Below, piece after piece: positions 38,336 to 51,672 of a DNA stretch of 64,000 bases. The stretch is from contig OX597830.1 in the NCBI GenBank assembly GCA_951406725.2, positions 68,262,001 to 68,326,000 on the forward strand, in the 5' to 3' direction. The stretch comes from Octopus vulgaris. Its lineage: Eukaryota. A program made the position numbers and the translations under genes. Under the pieces are notes generated by a model. That model searched no databases and was not told the DNA's origin. It was given only the letters and a program-made list of their open reading frames with translations. Each line of letters starts with the position of its first letter. Positions within the stretch are counted from its first letter, which is position 1.

Positions 38336-38695
38336 TTACCTGAACTTACAGACTGTTGTACTAAGTACTTGCCAGATATCATCTCTTAACTGTCGATTCT
38401 CTTTCATTTTTCCATCATGGAAAATACTCAATAACATCGCTTTCCCTTTATATAAATACCAGTAATATGGTGGAGTAAATATAGTTTATTCTTTCTTTTA
38501 TTATTGTTGAAATTGTTCAAATACTAAAGGATAAAAGCAATACTTAAAATTCTCTAAGGATCAGATATGAAGAGATTTAGAGGTTTAGTGGTGTCCTTAA
38601 ATATGATGAATAAATGTAATATGGAAATGTTTGTGTACTTACCAATTGGCAGAAGATGCCATTGCCACCGGCCTTCGTCCTCCACCTCTTCCAAT
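38336..38695 (-). pseudogene. gene copy C, 3' exons only (38643-38695 and a terminal exon from 38339)
   Basis: ctctag|IGRGGGRRPVAMASSAN-TG|gtaagt, then gttcag|G-TAA. The flanking introns are homologous to ~29130-29770. Confidence 0.55.
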
Positions 38696-39117
38696 CTAGA
38701 GAATAATACAAACATGCAGAAAAAGTTTTGGAGTTAGAATGTTTAGCTGTTAGTAGCAAGGTTTAAACAATATGCTTATATGAAAGAGGATGTATATAAG
38801 TAACTGTAGTGTGCAAAAGACAAAGAATAACCACATCTATAAATCCAACTACACACAGATATAGACTCAGAAAATATAATGGGAAAAGATATTTTTATTT
38901 TCAGTTTAGTTGTAGAAATCTGAACATAGCTATTATTGATTTCAAATAAAGATATGAAATAGTGTTTATAATTATTTTACTTTTATAAGGTTCAGTTTTC
39001 ATGATATCGGTGAAAATCACTTAACATATTATTTTAGGCATAATTTAGAAATGTTTAGGAAAATAAAATCATCAAATGTAATATGAAACACAGTTTATAT
39101 AAGTATAGATGGATTAT

Positions 39118-39430
39118 TATTTACATTATTTACATTATTCGGATATGTGTCCTCGTGTTGTTTGTTGTTGCCACAACGTTTCGGCTTATTTACTCTCCAG
39201 CCTTCATCAGGTGTTCTAGTGGAATTTTAGACCCAACCTTAAGTTCTCATTCTTAAGGTATTTGTTGGTGATGTTACTAAAATTCCACCAGGACACCTGA
39301 TGAAGGCTGAGGAATAAATCAGCCGAAACGTTTTGATAACAACAAACAAGCTGAGGACACATAACCGTCTAATGTAAATAATGTAAATAATGTACAGAAT
39401 TCTTCGTCTCTGAAAGAGAGAACAGTGTAA
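39118..39430. mobile_element. ~313-bp fold-back insertion with two hammerhead motifs and a 9-bp TSD
   Basis: Arms ~39118-39229 / 39277-39392. ATGGATTAT at 39109-39117 and 39431-39439. Empty site in the paralog at ~29722. Confidence 0.8.
39293..39335 (+). ncRNA. minimal type I hammerhead motif (mirror copy at 39172-39214 on the minus strand)
   Basis: ACAC-CTGATGA-AGGCTGA(GGAATAAA)TCAGCC-GAAA-C-GTT, with a palindromic AACGTT helix III. Confidence 0.65.
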
Positions 39431-39489
39431 ATGGATTATAAAGATCACATCCGAAAATCATCAAAAAAGCTCCAAACAGGCAAAATAGA

Positions 39490-41290
39490 AGTGATAGTTA
39501 TTGATAGAAAACAGCAAGGAGATGGCTGAATATGATATAGAAGAGTAAGAGAGAAGACACTTTGCAGATTGTGAAATAATACAAGGAAAGAAGAAAACAG
39601 GAGCAACAACTGTTGAAAAGAGTTAGATGGTAAGCATTTCAGACGAAGGCAGGATGTTGCAGCAGATAAATCGTGATTATGGTTGAATAATGGAGAGATC
39701 AAAGAACAAATAGAAGGCCTCATTGTGGTTGCTCAAATCCAGTCTTTACAAACGAATGTCATTAAAGCAAGAATAAACAGAACCATGGAAAGTGTTTAGT
39801 ACAGAATGTGTAACGAAAATGGCGAGTCAATTCTGCAGATAATAAGTACTGGAGTTCCTTTTTCACAGAAAGAGTATAAATGCAGGCACGATTACTTCAA
39901 AGAGGCTTTGGATTAAGGGGAGAATCATCGTACCAACAACGACCAGACAGTGTGATAGAGAATGAACAGTTTAAGGTATTATGGGAAAAGCTGATCCTGA
40001 AATTCAAGCAAGACGAACAGATATTATCGTGCTAGATAAGGTTTCCAAAGAGTATGTCATCCCAGGTGTTGTTGTGTCTGAATGTACCAGTTGTAAAAAG
40101 AAAAAAAACGGAAGAGCAAAAAGAAAATGCCAAGATTTTCAATAATTCTGGAGGGTTTCTTCATAAGTTATCCCAGTAGTTATAGGCGCCCGAGGTACTG
40201 ATACCAATAAACTTGGTTGTTTCTTAAATAATACGAGAATTGGATTAATACAGAAATCTGTTATATTAGAAATTGCAACGATTGCTCAAAAGGTCCTCAA
40301 TACCAAATGAACAGTTCTGACTTGATATTCAAATGCAATATATTTGTGCATACCTTTAAATAAAGATAATTGTTTCTAATACGGGCACAAGGCCTGAAAT
40401 TTGGGAGGACAGTGTAGTCAATTACATCGACCCCAGTGCTCAACTGACACTTATTTTCAACGACTCTGAAAGTATGAAAGCCAAAGTCAACCTCAGCAGA
40501 ATTTGAACACAGAATGTAAAGATGAGTGAAATACTGCTAAGCATTTTGTCCAGCATGCTAATGACTCTGCCAGCTTGCAGCCTTAGTTAACCTACTAATT
40601 CAACATATAGCGATAATAAAAATTCTTTCTAATGTTCACACAAGACCATCAAGGAAAATAAGAGTTAGTATCATCGACTTCAGTACCTGACTAGTACTTT
40701 ATTTTGTCAGCCCTGAAAATATGAAAGACAAAGTTGACTGTGACAAGATTTGAAATCAGAATATAAAAATCCTGAACAAAAGAGGCAAAATATTTTTTCT
40801 GACATTCTAACAATTTCATTGGTAGGAACTCTGTGGAACTCACGGCCTAAAAATAGCAAAGACGTAGTATGAACAAATCCTAGATATAAGACTGCAAAGT
40901 CCTGTCGGATGCAATGATTCGGTGTAACCATCATATCAGACGTCAAAAACTTGACATTGTTGTGGTGAACAAAGAGGAACAAAGAAAGAAATTGAACAAC
41001 TACGAGTGTTTTGGATACACGAAAGTTGTGGGTAATGAAAAGTGTGGACGTGATACCAATAGTAATTGGCGCCCTTGGCAGTATCAACACTCAACTACCA
41101 GCATGGCGCAAAGGGTTGCTACAAATATAAATATAAATACCCTCAAAAATCAGCACTGCTTGCAGCTGTAAGAGTTCTCCGCAGGGTTCTTGAAGCATGA
41201 TCAGTAAACTAATGTCACCAGAGTCTGCTTGCAGTGAACAGCCGACACTTTCCATCATACCCAGCAAAATAAGCTGAGAGTTTTCATCAA
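39490..41290 (+). mobile_element. R4/Dong-type LINE 3' remnants (39490-40310, 40870-41290) with interspersed minus-strand family 2 SINEs (40375-40585, 40625-40820)
   Basis: EGLIVVAQ.QSL.TN, RMC.E.GES, EYKCRHD and DIIVLD/DIVVVNK restriction-like endonuclease remnants. Confidence 0.7.
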
Positions 41291-41474
41291 ATAATAGGAC
41301 TATTATTTGATGTAAACTCTTAAATGGAATCTTGAGGGAGCAAGCAAGTCGATAAAATCGGCTCCAGAACTCACTGGGTTCTTATTTTATTGATCCCGAA
41401 AACGATGAAAGCAAAGTTGACCGTGGTGGTATTTGAAGCTGGAGCATAAAGAGCGAGAAGAAATGCCAGTAAGG

Positions 41475-43555
41475 AGTAAGCGCCTGCCAGCACTCAAGCT
41501 GCCAAGCACCCTGCCTTAGTCTACGCTCCATCCAGGACTCCAGCTCAGTCAGGGGCACGATCTGTGGATCTAACAATCGGTAATCGCACATCCTTATCGT
41601 CAAGGAAATGTTGGACATGTCGCAGGCTCAGAGCGTGACTGCGCATCACTAGACATTGCATGATCGGTCCTCCACTCAGCGTATGTTGACAGCGAATGAA
41701 CTGTTTGACCAATAGATCACATCCCTTCCACAGAAAAAGAAAAACCAAACGCTTCAATCTCATCAGCCATGAAGTGGAGCAAGGCACGAGAGTCTGGTGA
41801 TAACATAAGCAAAGTAAGCCTTTCATGGACAGTTTCTTCACAGCCATTTCTTACTGAAACTAGCCACCCCACAAATCCCGTCTCCCAGGTCTGTTCCACT
41901 TGGAGATTTGGATCAAACCAAATCGTGAGCAATTTAACCGGTACAGTCGTCCACTACCCCATGATGCTGTTGGACGGCATGGACCTGCTTCTCCAGGTAC
42001 CCAGATGCAATCTCACCGACGTCTTCTGGTTAACTTTTGTTCCTGTCCCCGTCTCGCAGCTCCCCAGTGTAGTACCAATCAGCTCCGACATTATTTCACT
42101 GACAATTACCCGCTTCTGCAATCATGGATCTTTCATGCCAGAGTTCTGACGGGATGCCCCCAACCCATTTAACCCCCAAATTCAGAGGAAGTAACTCTTA
42201 GGACAGTACGTACAGAAGAGAAAGGGAAGAGAGGTGTCATCCTTGACGGTCGGAGTACTTGATACTAAACAGTACCGATAGGTGACTATTTAAAGTTACC
42301 ACCAAGCAAATGACACAATAAATTGTAATGATCTAGCTTCTGCAGACGAGCCCGAATCCAATTACTTAGTGGAATGTCACCAAGTATTAATGGTCAACTC
42401 TATCAAACGGTTCCAACTGATTTAAATTAACCAGAACCCCACCTATGCCAGGCTTTTTACCTAAATTTTCTGTGGTGAACCATGTGAGGTGGAGATTGTT
42501 ATAGATAAATCTGTTTGCTATAGCACATTCAGTGCCTCACCTATCGGAGTATCGAGGACCAGCACCAACTTTTTCGATAATATTTTGGTCAAAATCTTCA
42601 AACCATCTCACTTGTTCGGGTCCTTTCTCAGCAGCAACACTACACTTCTTTCCACAGAACTGGATATTCCCACGTTTATTGCCAGTTGCAATAGAAATCT
42701 GTCAAGCAGTCCCTGAATAAGTCTGGCATATGACGATAAAGCTTGAAGGACAGACCATCAGGCCCCGGTGACTCCTCCATCGTCCAGCCCGATATTGTTT
42801 CCCGTATTTCATCAGCTGATATCGGCTTTTTACAGAACTTCGCATTCCAGGCCAAGAGCCATGGCACACCATCGATGTAGGCAGTAAAGCTCATCTCCAT
42901 CCATCGTCCACCCCAAATAGTTAAGCGAAGTGTCACATCTGCTGTAGTAGAGCGTCACGCACCCTTCCAAATTCGCCAAAGGTCGAATTGTGGCCTTGTT
43001 GCTGCATTGAGCATCTTCCACCCTTATTCCTTCGATCGCATACTCTAGCTCTGAAAATTCAACCTTCGTGCTTAGTGTAGAAGAATAGATCAAGGGCCAG
43101 ATGTGCTGCCAGAATGTGAGACATGCATTCAAGATGGCGTTGCAATTACACACTAGCACTAAAGATCGGGACGTTCCTAGGAAACCCTCGAAAGGCCTGA
43201 AGAAATCCTGCTTCCTTTCCACAGTGAAGAACACACAGTTATCAGTCTAAAGGCACCACCTTCGCTACTGTTCACATCTACAACCAATAACATAGAGTCC
43301 AGGAAGACAAAGCGCATCTCGAGAATCATGTCTGCCCAGGTCCACGAAAATTGAATGGATCTCTAGTCCCAGGTTTTCCCGAAATAATCCTGTCACTTCG
43401 CCACCCCACCACCCATTCCAGATTTAATAAGAAATGTGAAGATATTGAATCTGCTACAAACGGATGCAAATTTGCGTGTATTCGAATTCCTAGTCTCGCT
43501 GATGATTATTACATCCAAACCTAGTAATTTGCGCTCATTAAGCAGGCAATCCCGT
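41475..43555 (-). mobile_element. degenerate Tx1/L1-type LINE remnant
   Basis: LDVIIISETR...GGGVA (APE), ISADEIRETI...SPGPDGL (RT start) and LVFLFLWKG (C-terminal). Confidence 0.7.
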
Positions 43556-43702
43556 AAAATAATATTAAGCATTCATAAAGATTGCTACAAAAATTTAATT
43601 ACAACACTGGACGTCAATAATGTGTTTGTGAATGTTTTCCATTCGGTCAGCCATTCATTTTGTTTGCAGGTTAACATTGTGTGCATGTTTTCCCTTTACA
43701 AT

Positions 43703-43795
43703 AATTCATTATAAATTAATAAATATACTCTAAATTCATTATAAATTAATAAAAACACTCTAAATTCATTATAAATTAATAAAAACACTCTAAAT
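43703..43795. repeat. 3 x 30-bp tandem repeat
   Basis: Unit AATTCATTATAAATTAATAAA(T/A)A(T/C)ACTCTA. Confidence 0.85.
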
Positions 43796-44978
43796 AAACT
43801 GAAGAAAAAAGACCAAATAGTGGAAACTCATTATTGCTTCTCTCTTAAATGAATTCATAAAACCTTTTCACATATTTAAAAAGCAAGAGAATTTCTAGTT
43901 CCAAGATACAAAGTTTGAGCAACATAGGAAAGTTGATGCTGATTTAAATATATACTGCATCTGATTTATGAAATTTATAAAGAAAATAAGAAGACTGGTT
44001 GCGAAACCTAGGAATGCTTGATACATTTTTAAAGTAATGAGATACACCTTCTACTCATGTGAACTAAGTACAAGTTGCAAAGCCACATCTAGTGATGAAT
44101 CCAAATGAACAGCAAATGAAAATTGAGGGATAAAATAGAAAAAACTAGAGACATTTTCTTATTTATCATTTTAAATGATGTATTTAACCAAATGATCGTT
44201 TATTCGGAAACTGCTTGCTTTTTATCAAAACCTTCCAAAAACTGCTTGCTTCAAATCTCATCACTGACGATCATTCGAATTATTAAGTTGAGATCTTTCT
44301 GTATTTAAAATGAAGTTATTTAAGGGACTGATTTCGTAGATGAAATAAATTAATGCATAAAAGGGGAGAGAGGGAGAGAGAGAGAAAAAAGGAAAGCAAA
44401 GAATGAGTCAGATATAATTAAAACTGAACAATTGGTAGAAGTCTGTCCGCATGAAATATCCTGAAAGTAGACCTTTTGCAAAATCTAAAACGTCTGAATG
44501 ATATGGCTACATATGCTGCCACATTCTTATGAAAGTATTGTAATACACACACACGCACGCACACACAATGTTTTTTTACAATATTGCCGATGTATTATCC
44601 TTCACCAAACTTATGTAAAAATGGACACATGCTCAAACAATGTGAGGGATGCCAAGAAGGGAGCGGGTAGGTGAGAGAAAGTATGAAAACAATAAGTGCA
44701 TAAGACAACATGAAGACGGAAGTAGTGAGAGGCAGGTGTTGTTCAAGGTAAAAAAAAATCATTGATACTATGATTTAACATTTACATGCATTATAATGAG
44801 GGTGGAGCGAAATAAAGGCAGTATTCCGAAATTAGTGATCATATTTCTCTATTTCTATATGTATGAAATTCAGTAACCTGAGGTTCCGCAAAACAAAGGA
44901 CGCCTGTATAAACGGCGTGACGTATTTTAAGCATTTATTTGTGTCTATTAACTTACAAGATTAGGAAATGTATTATGT

Positions 44979-45047
<69 letters not shown>

Positions 45048-45054
45048 CTTGAGT

Positions 45055-45425
45055 ATCTCATCCTACTCCAGCAGCGTCGTCTGCGTTGGCTCGGTTACGT
45101 GCATCGAATACCGGACGGAAGGATTCGAAAACCTCCTGTACCGGGAATTGCCCACCGGCACAAGAGCACGAGAATGACTTCACCTTCGGTTCAAGGACGT
45201 CTTCAAGGGAGTTATGAAGTCGCTTGATCTGGATGTCCTGAGATGAGAGGAGGTCGCAAATGATCGTCCACATTGAAGTAAATGTCGAAAAGGCCTCTGG
45301 AAGATTTTGTTCTGTGGTATGGCTCGGCAGGTGACCCAGGGCACCACAGCCTGTGTCCAGTAGTCATATAGGCGAGGGGAAGTGTAACAGAAACTCGCAA
45401 CCAAAGAAAAACGCACTCGACGGAT
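45055..45425 (+). mobile_element. RTE/BovB 3' fragment between (GATA)n and (CTA)n/(GATA)n microsatellites
   Basis: LLQQRRLRWLGYVHRIPDGRI...LRFKDVFK. Confidence 0.8.
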
Positions 45426-45475
45426 GCCTACTCCTCCTCCCCTTCCACCACCTCCTCCACCGCCACCTCCTCTTC

Positions 45476-45538
<63 letters not shown>

Positions 45539-45579
45539 TTGTTACCACTACTACTGCTACTATATATATATATAAATAC

Positions 45580-45667
<88 letters not shown>

Positions 45668-45791
45668 TTATATTTATATATATAATAACAACTGATGGAT
45701 AAAGGTTCACTACATCTGTTTGTAATGTGCTTTTATTGAGGAACAGAACTGTAACATCATGCAAAAGAAAAACCCGTTTTCATCAGGCGAA

Positions 45792-46358
45792 ATGTGTCAA
45801 AATTAACAATTACAGTTTCTCATGAAAATTAACATAGAGGCATGTGACTCGATGATTCCAATGTCGATCATAGTGGGAAAGGACTGAGATAGTATTAAGC
45901 TTATGGTTAGGAGATCGTTTCGTGGCTGGAGAGAGAAAGAAAGAAGAAGAAAAGAGGAATACAGGAGAATAAAGGATGGAAGGATGAGAGAAAGACTAAT
46001 GCGAGGGAGAAAAAGAAGATAATGCATTATCCTTCTATCCTTTAAAGCTTATAAATAAAATTATCTTAGTTTTAGTAGAGTTGAGAGAAGAACGAAGACG
46101 CACGCACATTTCGATAGATACCTTATATATTTGTTATATTTCTGTAACTTTTAATAATTTATAACCCTATTACCATTTATATTTCATATGTATTGTAGAA
46201 AACTCATATATTTCATATTCTACATCACATACCAAATCGTATATTTCTGGAATAAATATGCATGTGTATATCTCTATCTAGGGTCTGAAGAAGCGCTATA
46301 AAACTAAGCACTTCATGGACATGAAACCCAGGGTAACCCCATATAGCAGCCATATCTA

Positions 46359-46393
<35 letters not shown>

Positions 46394-46967
46394 GAGAATT
46401 TAGATATGGCTGCTATATGGGGTTACCCTGGGTTTCATGTCCATGAAGTGCTTAGTTTTATAGCGCTTCTTCAGACCCTAGATAGAGATATACACATGCA
46501 TATTTATTCCAGAAATATACGATTTGGTATGTGATGTAGAATATGAAATATATGAGTTTTCTACAATACATATGAAATATAAATGGTAATAGGGTTATAA
46601 ATTATTAAAAGTTACAGAAATATAACAAATATATAAGGTATCTATCGAAATGTGCGTGCGTCTTCGTTCTTCTCTCAACTCTACTAAAACTAAGATAATT
46701 TTATTTATAAGCTTTAAAGGATAGAAGGATAATGCATTATCTTCTTTTTCTCCCTCGCATTAGTCTTTCTCTCATCCTTCCATCCTTTATTCTCCTGTAT
46801 TCCTCTTTTCTTCTTCTTTCTTTCTCTCTCCAGCCACGAAACGATCTCCTAACCATAAGCTTAATACTATCTCAGTCCTTTCCCACTATGATCGACATTG
46901 GAATCGTCGAGTCACATGCCTCTATGTTAATTTTCATGAGAAACTGTAATTGTTAATTTTGACACAT
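45792..46967. repeat. near-perfect palindrome 1 (575-bp arms, (CT)13 spacer)
   Basis: 45792-46366 is the reverse complement of 46393-46967. I noticed one mismatch. Confidence 0.95.
46281..46339 (+). ncRNA. type I hammerhead-like motif (mirror copy at 46420-46478)
   Basis: GGGT-CTGAAGA...GAAA-CCC-A-GGG-TA-ACCC. Stems I and III are good; stem II is irregular. Confidence 0.5.
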
Positions 46968-47310
46968 ACTTGATTTAAGTTTAACCTGAAGCTAAACAAC
47001 AAGGAGTATCGCCGCCACCATCACCACTACTGCTATTACTAACACCTCTTATATTACTTCAACCGCTACCACTAACATGTATTATGAATAGCATTTGAGA
47101 ATGGACTTACGGTCACATCAAGTACATGCAATAACAATTGTAACAGAGGAAACATAAAGCCGGATATATCTCAATATGTTAGTGTGATGCATTAATGTAT
47201 ATAAGCTAACAGGCATATTTACGTGTTTCAGGTGTTTTTAAAGCTTTCTATTTATTCATTTTATTTCAACGTTTTATTGAGTGTAGAAGATACACATATG
47301 TATGTGTATT

Positions 47311-47356
<46 letters not shown>

Positions 47357-47704
47357 AATACACATACATATGTATATATATCTTCTACACTCAATAAAAC
47401 GTTGAAATAAAATGAATAAATAGAAAGCTTTAAAAACACCTGAAACACGTAAATATGCCTGTTAGCTTATATACATTAATGCATCACACTAACATATTGA
47501 GATATATCCGGCTTTATGTTTCCTCTGTTACAATTGTTATTGCATGTACTTGATGTGACCGTAAGTCCATTCTCAAATGCTATTCATAATACATGTTAGT
47601 GGTAGCGGTTGAAGTAATATAAGAGGTGTTAGTAATAGCAGTAGTGGTGATGGTGGCGGCGATACTCCTTGTTGTTTAGCTCCAGGTTAAACTTAAATCA
47701 AGTA
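46967..47704. repeat. near-perfect palindrome 2 centred on (TA)n
   Basis: The arms are reverse complements, with one substitution and small differences beside the central microsatellite. Confidence 0.95.
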
Positions 47705-48163
47705 GATCTATGATCAAAAGCATCCCAGCTATAATCATCTTTCTCCTTTTTAGGGTCATATCTAACACGATATTATCTACCTGTAATATGTACTTCTTTT
47801 TTGTTATATATTGGGTATGATTTGGAAGAAATTTAGCTGCTATTTCTAGAGTCTCTCTTTTTAGCATGAGTTGTCACTGTAGTTATCATTGTTGTTAGCT
47901 CAGATCAAACCTATTTGAATAGAGCCGTGAGCAGAGGCAGTTCAGCCATGACCAGCCCATTCTTTATAGAAATAGGAATATTCTTTTACTTTTATCAGTC
48001 ATAGAACTGTGATCATGCTGGGGTCTCTGCCTCAAAGAGTTTAGGTATTTGAATTGACTTCAGTGATTGTTTTAAAGTTAGATACTTTTCCTGTTGATTT
48101 CTTTTGCCAAAGTGCTATCTCATGGAGACAAAGACAATCCAATACTCATTGTCAAGCAGTGAT

Positions 48164-48209
<46 letters not shown>

Positions 48210-48242
48210 TATTCACCCACAGCAATGAGTGAATGATATTCT

Positions 48243-48437
48243 TAACCATTTAGCATTTAAACTGGCTGTATCTGGTTGAAATATCCTACCTGCTTCATGT
48301 TAAAACTGGCAAGGTACGGCCTCTCACACCTGCTCTACAATGTCATTATAAAAATATACAATTGCATCAAAATCTCCAAAACAATATTAATAAATAAGCA
48401 TAATATTTAATAAAATAATTTGAATGCTAAAGGGCTG
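48243..48437. mobile_element. MITE-like element
   Basis: Imperfect TIRs TAACCATTTAGCATT / AATGCTAAAGGGCTG. Confidence 0.5.
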
Positions 48438-49349
48438 AAAGACAATTTAGTATAATTAAACTTCCCTAAAAGTTCCAAATGAAGGGAGTCTAATTCTAAA
48501 AAACAATCTTTAAACATTTTGCATGGAAAAAAATCTTTTGAGGTAAATATATTGATGACTTGGAGAGAGAATAAGGGTGAAATTCGTATTTAAGCATATC
48601 TCATTTATTTCAGAAAAAGCAATTAGTATAATTTAATTTTAATGAAGAGGAATCTAATACAGAATATCATTTCAAAATTGGTACAGTCAGTAAAAAAAGT
48701 AGAGAAGTAAAAAGTGTTCAGACTTGAGGGTGAACTATAGCTATGCCTTTTTCTCTCTATTTATAGACAAGCAGACAGTGAATGATATTTTAAGGTTAAT
48801 ATACTGTTTCACAATCACTTCTATGAACTCTACCTAATTCAGTTTTCTACCAAATTATATGTAGTTAAGTTCATTATATGAGTGTGTGTGTGTGTGTGTG
48901 TGTATGCAGATGTATACAAAACAATTCAGAAGGATCTGAGTAAAGTAGTTTTGGGTTCATCATCATCATCATTTAACATCCATGTTCCATGCTGGCATGA
49001 GTTGGTTATGGTTATTAGACAGAACATAAGAAGTAGAAAGTTTACATTCTCAGGTATAATGACTCAACAATAGATAATGTACATTTCTGTATGTATGTAT
49101 GTATGTATGTATGTACGTATGTATGAAAATTATTTTGAGATTTTGAAAAAGAACGTCTGATCATATTTTGTTTAAATGTACAAACACAAACATATAAAAT
49201 GAATTTCGAAAATGTTCAAAAGTGAAGATTTTGTGGTGTAGTTGGATGAAAAGTTAATAAAAACAATATTGTTTTTAAAATATCGGAATAGTGTCGAAAC
49301 TACGGGGAGAAACTATAAATTATAGATTTTTAAATGGAATTGATTAACA

Positions 49350-51660
49350 TTCCTAAGAGTTCACAGATAACGAAGAAGGTGTTACATCATTTGTGCAAAT
49401 GTTCGAAAGCATTTGATCAGGGATCAGAAAATTAGCCAAAGGTTTGAGGATAAACAAAATAATCATAAAACAGCTACATACCAATGCCAACCTTTGATTC
49501 TGTTCATCTAAGCCGAACTGTTCAATGCAAATACTTTTAGTATAATGGTGCGGTCTAAACCTGGCGCCCACACATTAAATAGTAAAGCGCATTGAAGTAT
49601 AAAAGAGGTCATACTGATTTTAAAGAAAAGACGGTAAGCTTAAACCGAAAGACAAATCTATTTATCAGGAGGCCGTGACAGCTGCAATTTGCCACTCCTA
49701 TATGAGATCATACAATGCATTCTAATCGTGACAAAACTTATGAATACACTAACATGACAGGTCAGATGACAAAATTTGTATACATACGTAATCCAATATA
49801 CATTCATGTAGACATCCATCCGTACATCCATCCATTCATCCGTTCATATATACATACATACATACATATATACATACATACACACATACATACATATATA
49901 CATGCATACACACATACATAAACACATGCTTATATACATAGATACATAAATTGATGGATACAGATGCATATATAAATACATGAATGCATACGTATATATA
50001 TACATACGTACATGCTTATATACATACATACATGCATACATACATACATGCATACATACAGACATACATACATAATCTTTTAACCACCAAATGTCTAAGT
50101 GCATCTCTTGACCAGGTTTGCATATATGAGGCTAAGATCATAAGACTTGGAAAGCGGCTCCTTGAGCAGCATTTCTTGTCTGATAAGCTTAAATACATAT
50201 CAAAAAAGCCGCACGACTCTACCACGGTATGTCATCAGATGAAAAGATGAGCGCATATCAGCAGAAGCCCATGCATGTATATGTGAGTAGGAAGCACCGA
50301 GATAATAGTAACATTTGTCATTAAAGCAGTCTATTATAAACCATCAACCAGATTCCTACTTCCCACCTTGATTTGAAGGGTATGCGGTTTCAATCCAGGG
50401 ATATGAAATATCAACCAAATATACGATGCACAAAAGAAGAGAGATACATGAAAAGCAGTAATATATGACAACCTATGCAGTTGTTCGAAAATGTCATCAC
50501 TGTATTAGCTACCGATGAGATATGATGTAGTAGCTAGGACATTGTATATAACGAGTTCCGTCGGAAGCATAAACCCGAGAACAAAGAAGAACCCACGGTA
50601 TGGTAGACTCCATATCCACTTATAATAAAAAGGAGTACAGGTGAAATGCTCCACTGGAAACCTCAATAAATTATAAACATATACCTGGTATAATCATTTG
50701 GGATAGAGAAGAGAGACTGTGTATAGTTGTGGAAGTCAACTCCCCTGCAGATGTTAACATAAAGCCAAAGAGAAGCGAAAGAGAAAATACGCTGAAAAAT
50801 AAAATACCTACGCAAAATCTGCAGTTACTCTAATCAGATTACAAGTTCGTGTTTATACCTGTAATTATTAGGGCACTAGTATATGTAACACAATGCTTAA
50901 ATACCAATCTTGAGTAATTGGACTTCTCAAACTCAGAAAGAAGAAAGCTAATTCGAAGACTACAGATCCAAGCAATCAATGGAACTCTAAATATCTTATA
51001 AAATTTTCCAGAGGCTTATCATTTAAGTGTATATGAGTATGTCTAGATATGCAAGTATATGCATTGGAATACATACATAAAACAAAACATACAAATTTGC
51101 ACATACACAAATATTTGATTTATATTTTTGAAATTCAAATGAAGAAGAATTGGTTCTGGGTTAGAATCCGGCTCCTCTATTGTCAAGAAAGCTTGAAATA
51201 AAACTGAATAAAACTGAATACTGGCATACATACATAAATGCTTGCATACATACATAAATAGATATATATGCATACACACATGCATACATACATACATACA
51301 TACATACATACATACATACATACATACATACATACATACATACATACATACATACACAAAAGCCACAAATCTGTACGTATGCATATATACATACACACAA
51401 ACATATCCTGTTGTTGATGCTAAAATTACAATGAAGGAGCCTTGGATTTTTGTTAGGAAACTGGCCCTTTCTCTTTTGGCAAGAAATCTTGAAATAAAAC
51501 TGAATAATGACATACGTACATTCTCAAAGGCTACAGAGCTGCAGTTTGGCCAGGATAAATGTTGCTACATGATTGTGAAATGAGGGAAACTGTAAGCAAG
51601 ACTAGCAAAATCTCCAACACTGACTTAACTGTTTCCTCTATATCTGATGAGGGATGTTAC
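49350..51660 (+). mobile_element. highly degenerate R4/Dong-type remnants broken by (TACA)n tracts
   Basis: SIYQ.., LQFGQDKC and RHDVVAR-like remnants. Confidence 0.5.
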
Positions 51661-51672
51661 AGGCACCAAGCA

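Noticed and set aside
43703-43795. CRISPR-like 30-bp repeats
   Set aside because: The units are contiguous with no spacers, there are no cas genes, and the context is eukaryotic.
44190-44300. Candidate upstream exon of gene copy C
   Set aside because: It has an acceptor-like site, but stops occur in all three frames and there is no similarity to the exons of copies A and B.
45803-46956. Duplicated 74-aa hydrophobic ORF pair
   Set aside because: It is the mirror product of palindrome 1 over low-complexity purine/pyrimidine sequence.
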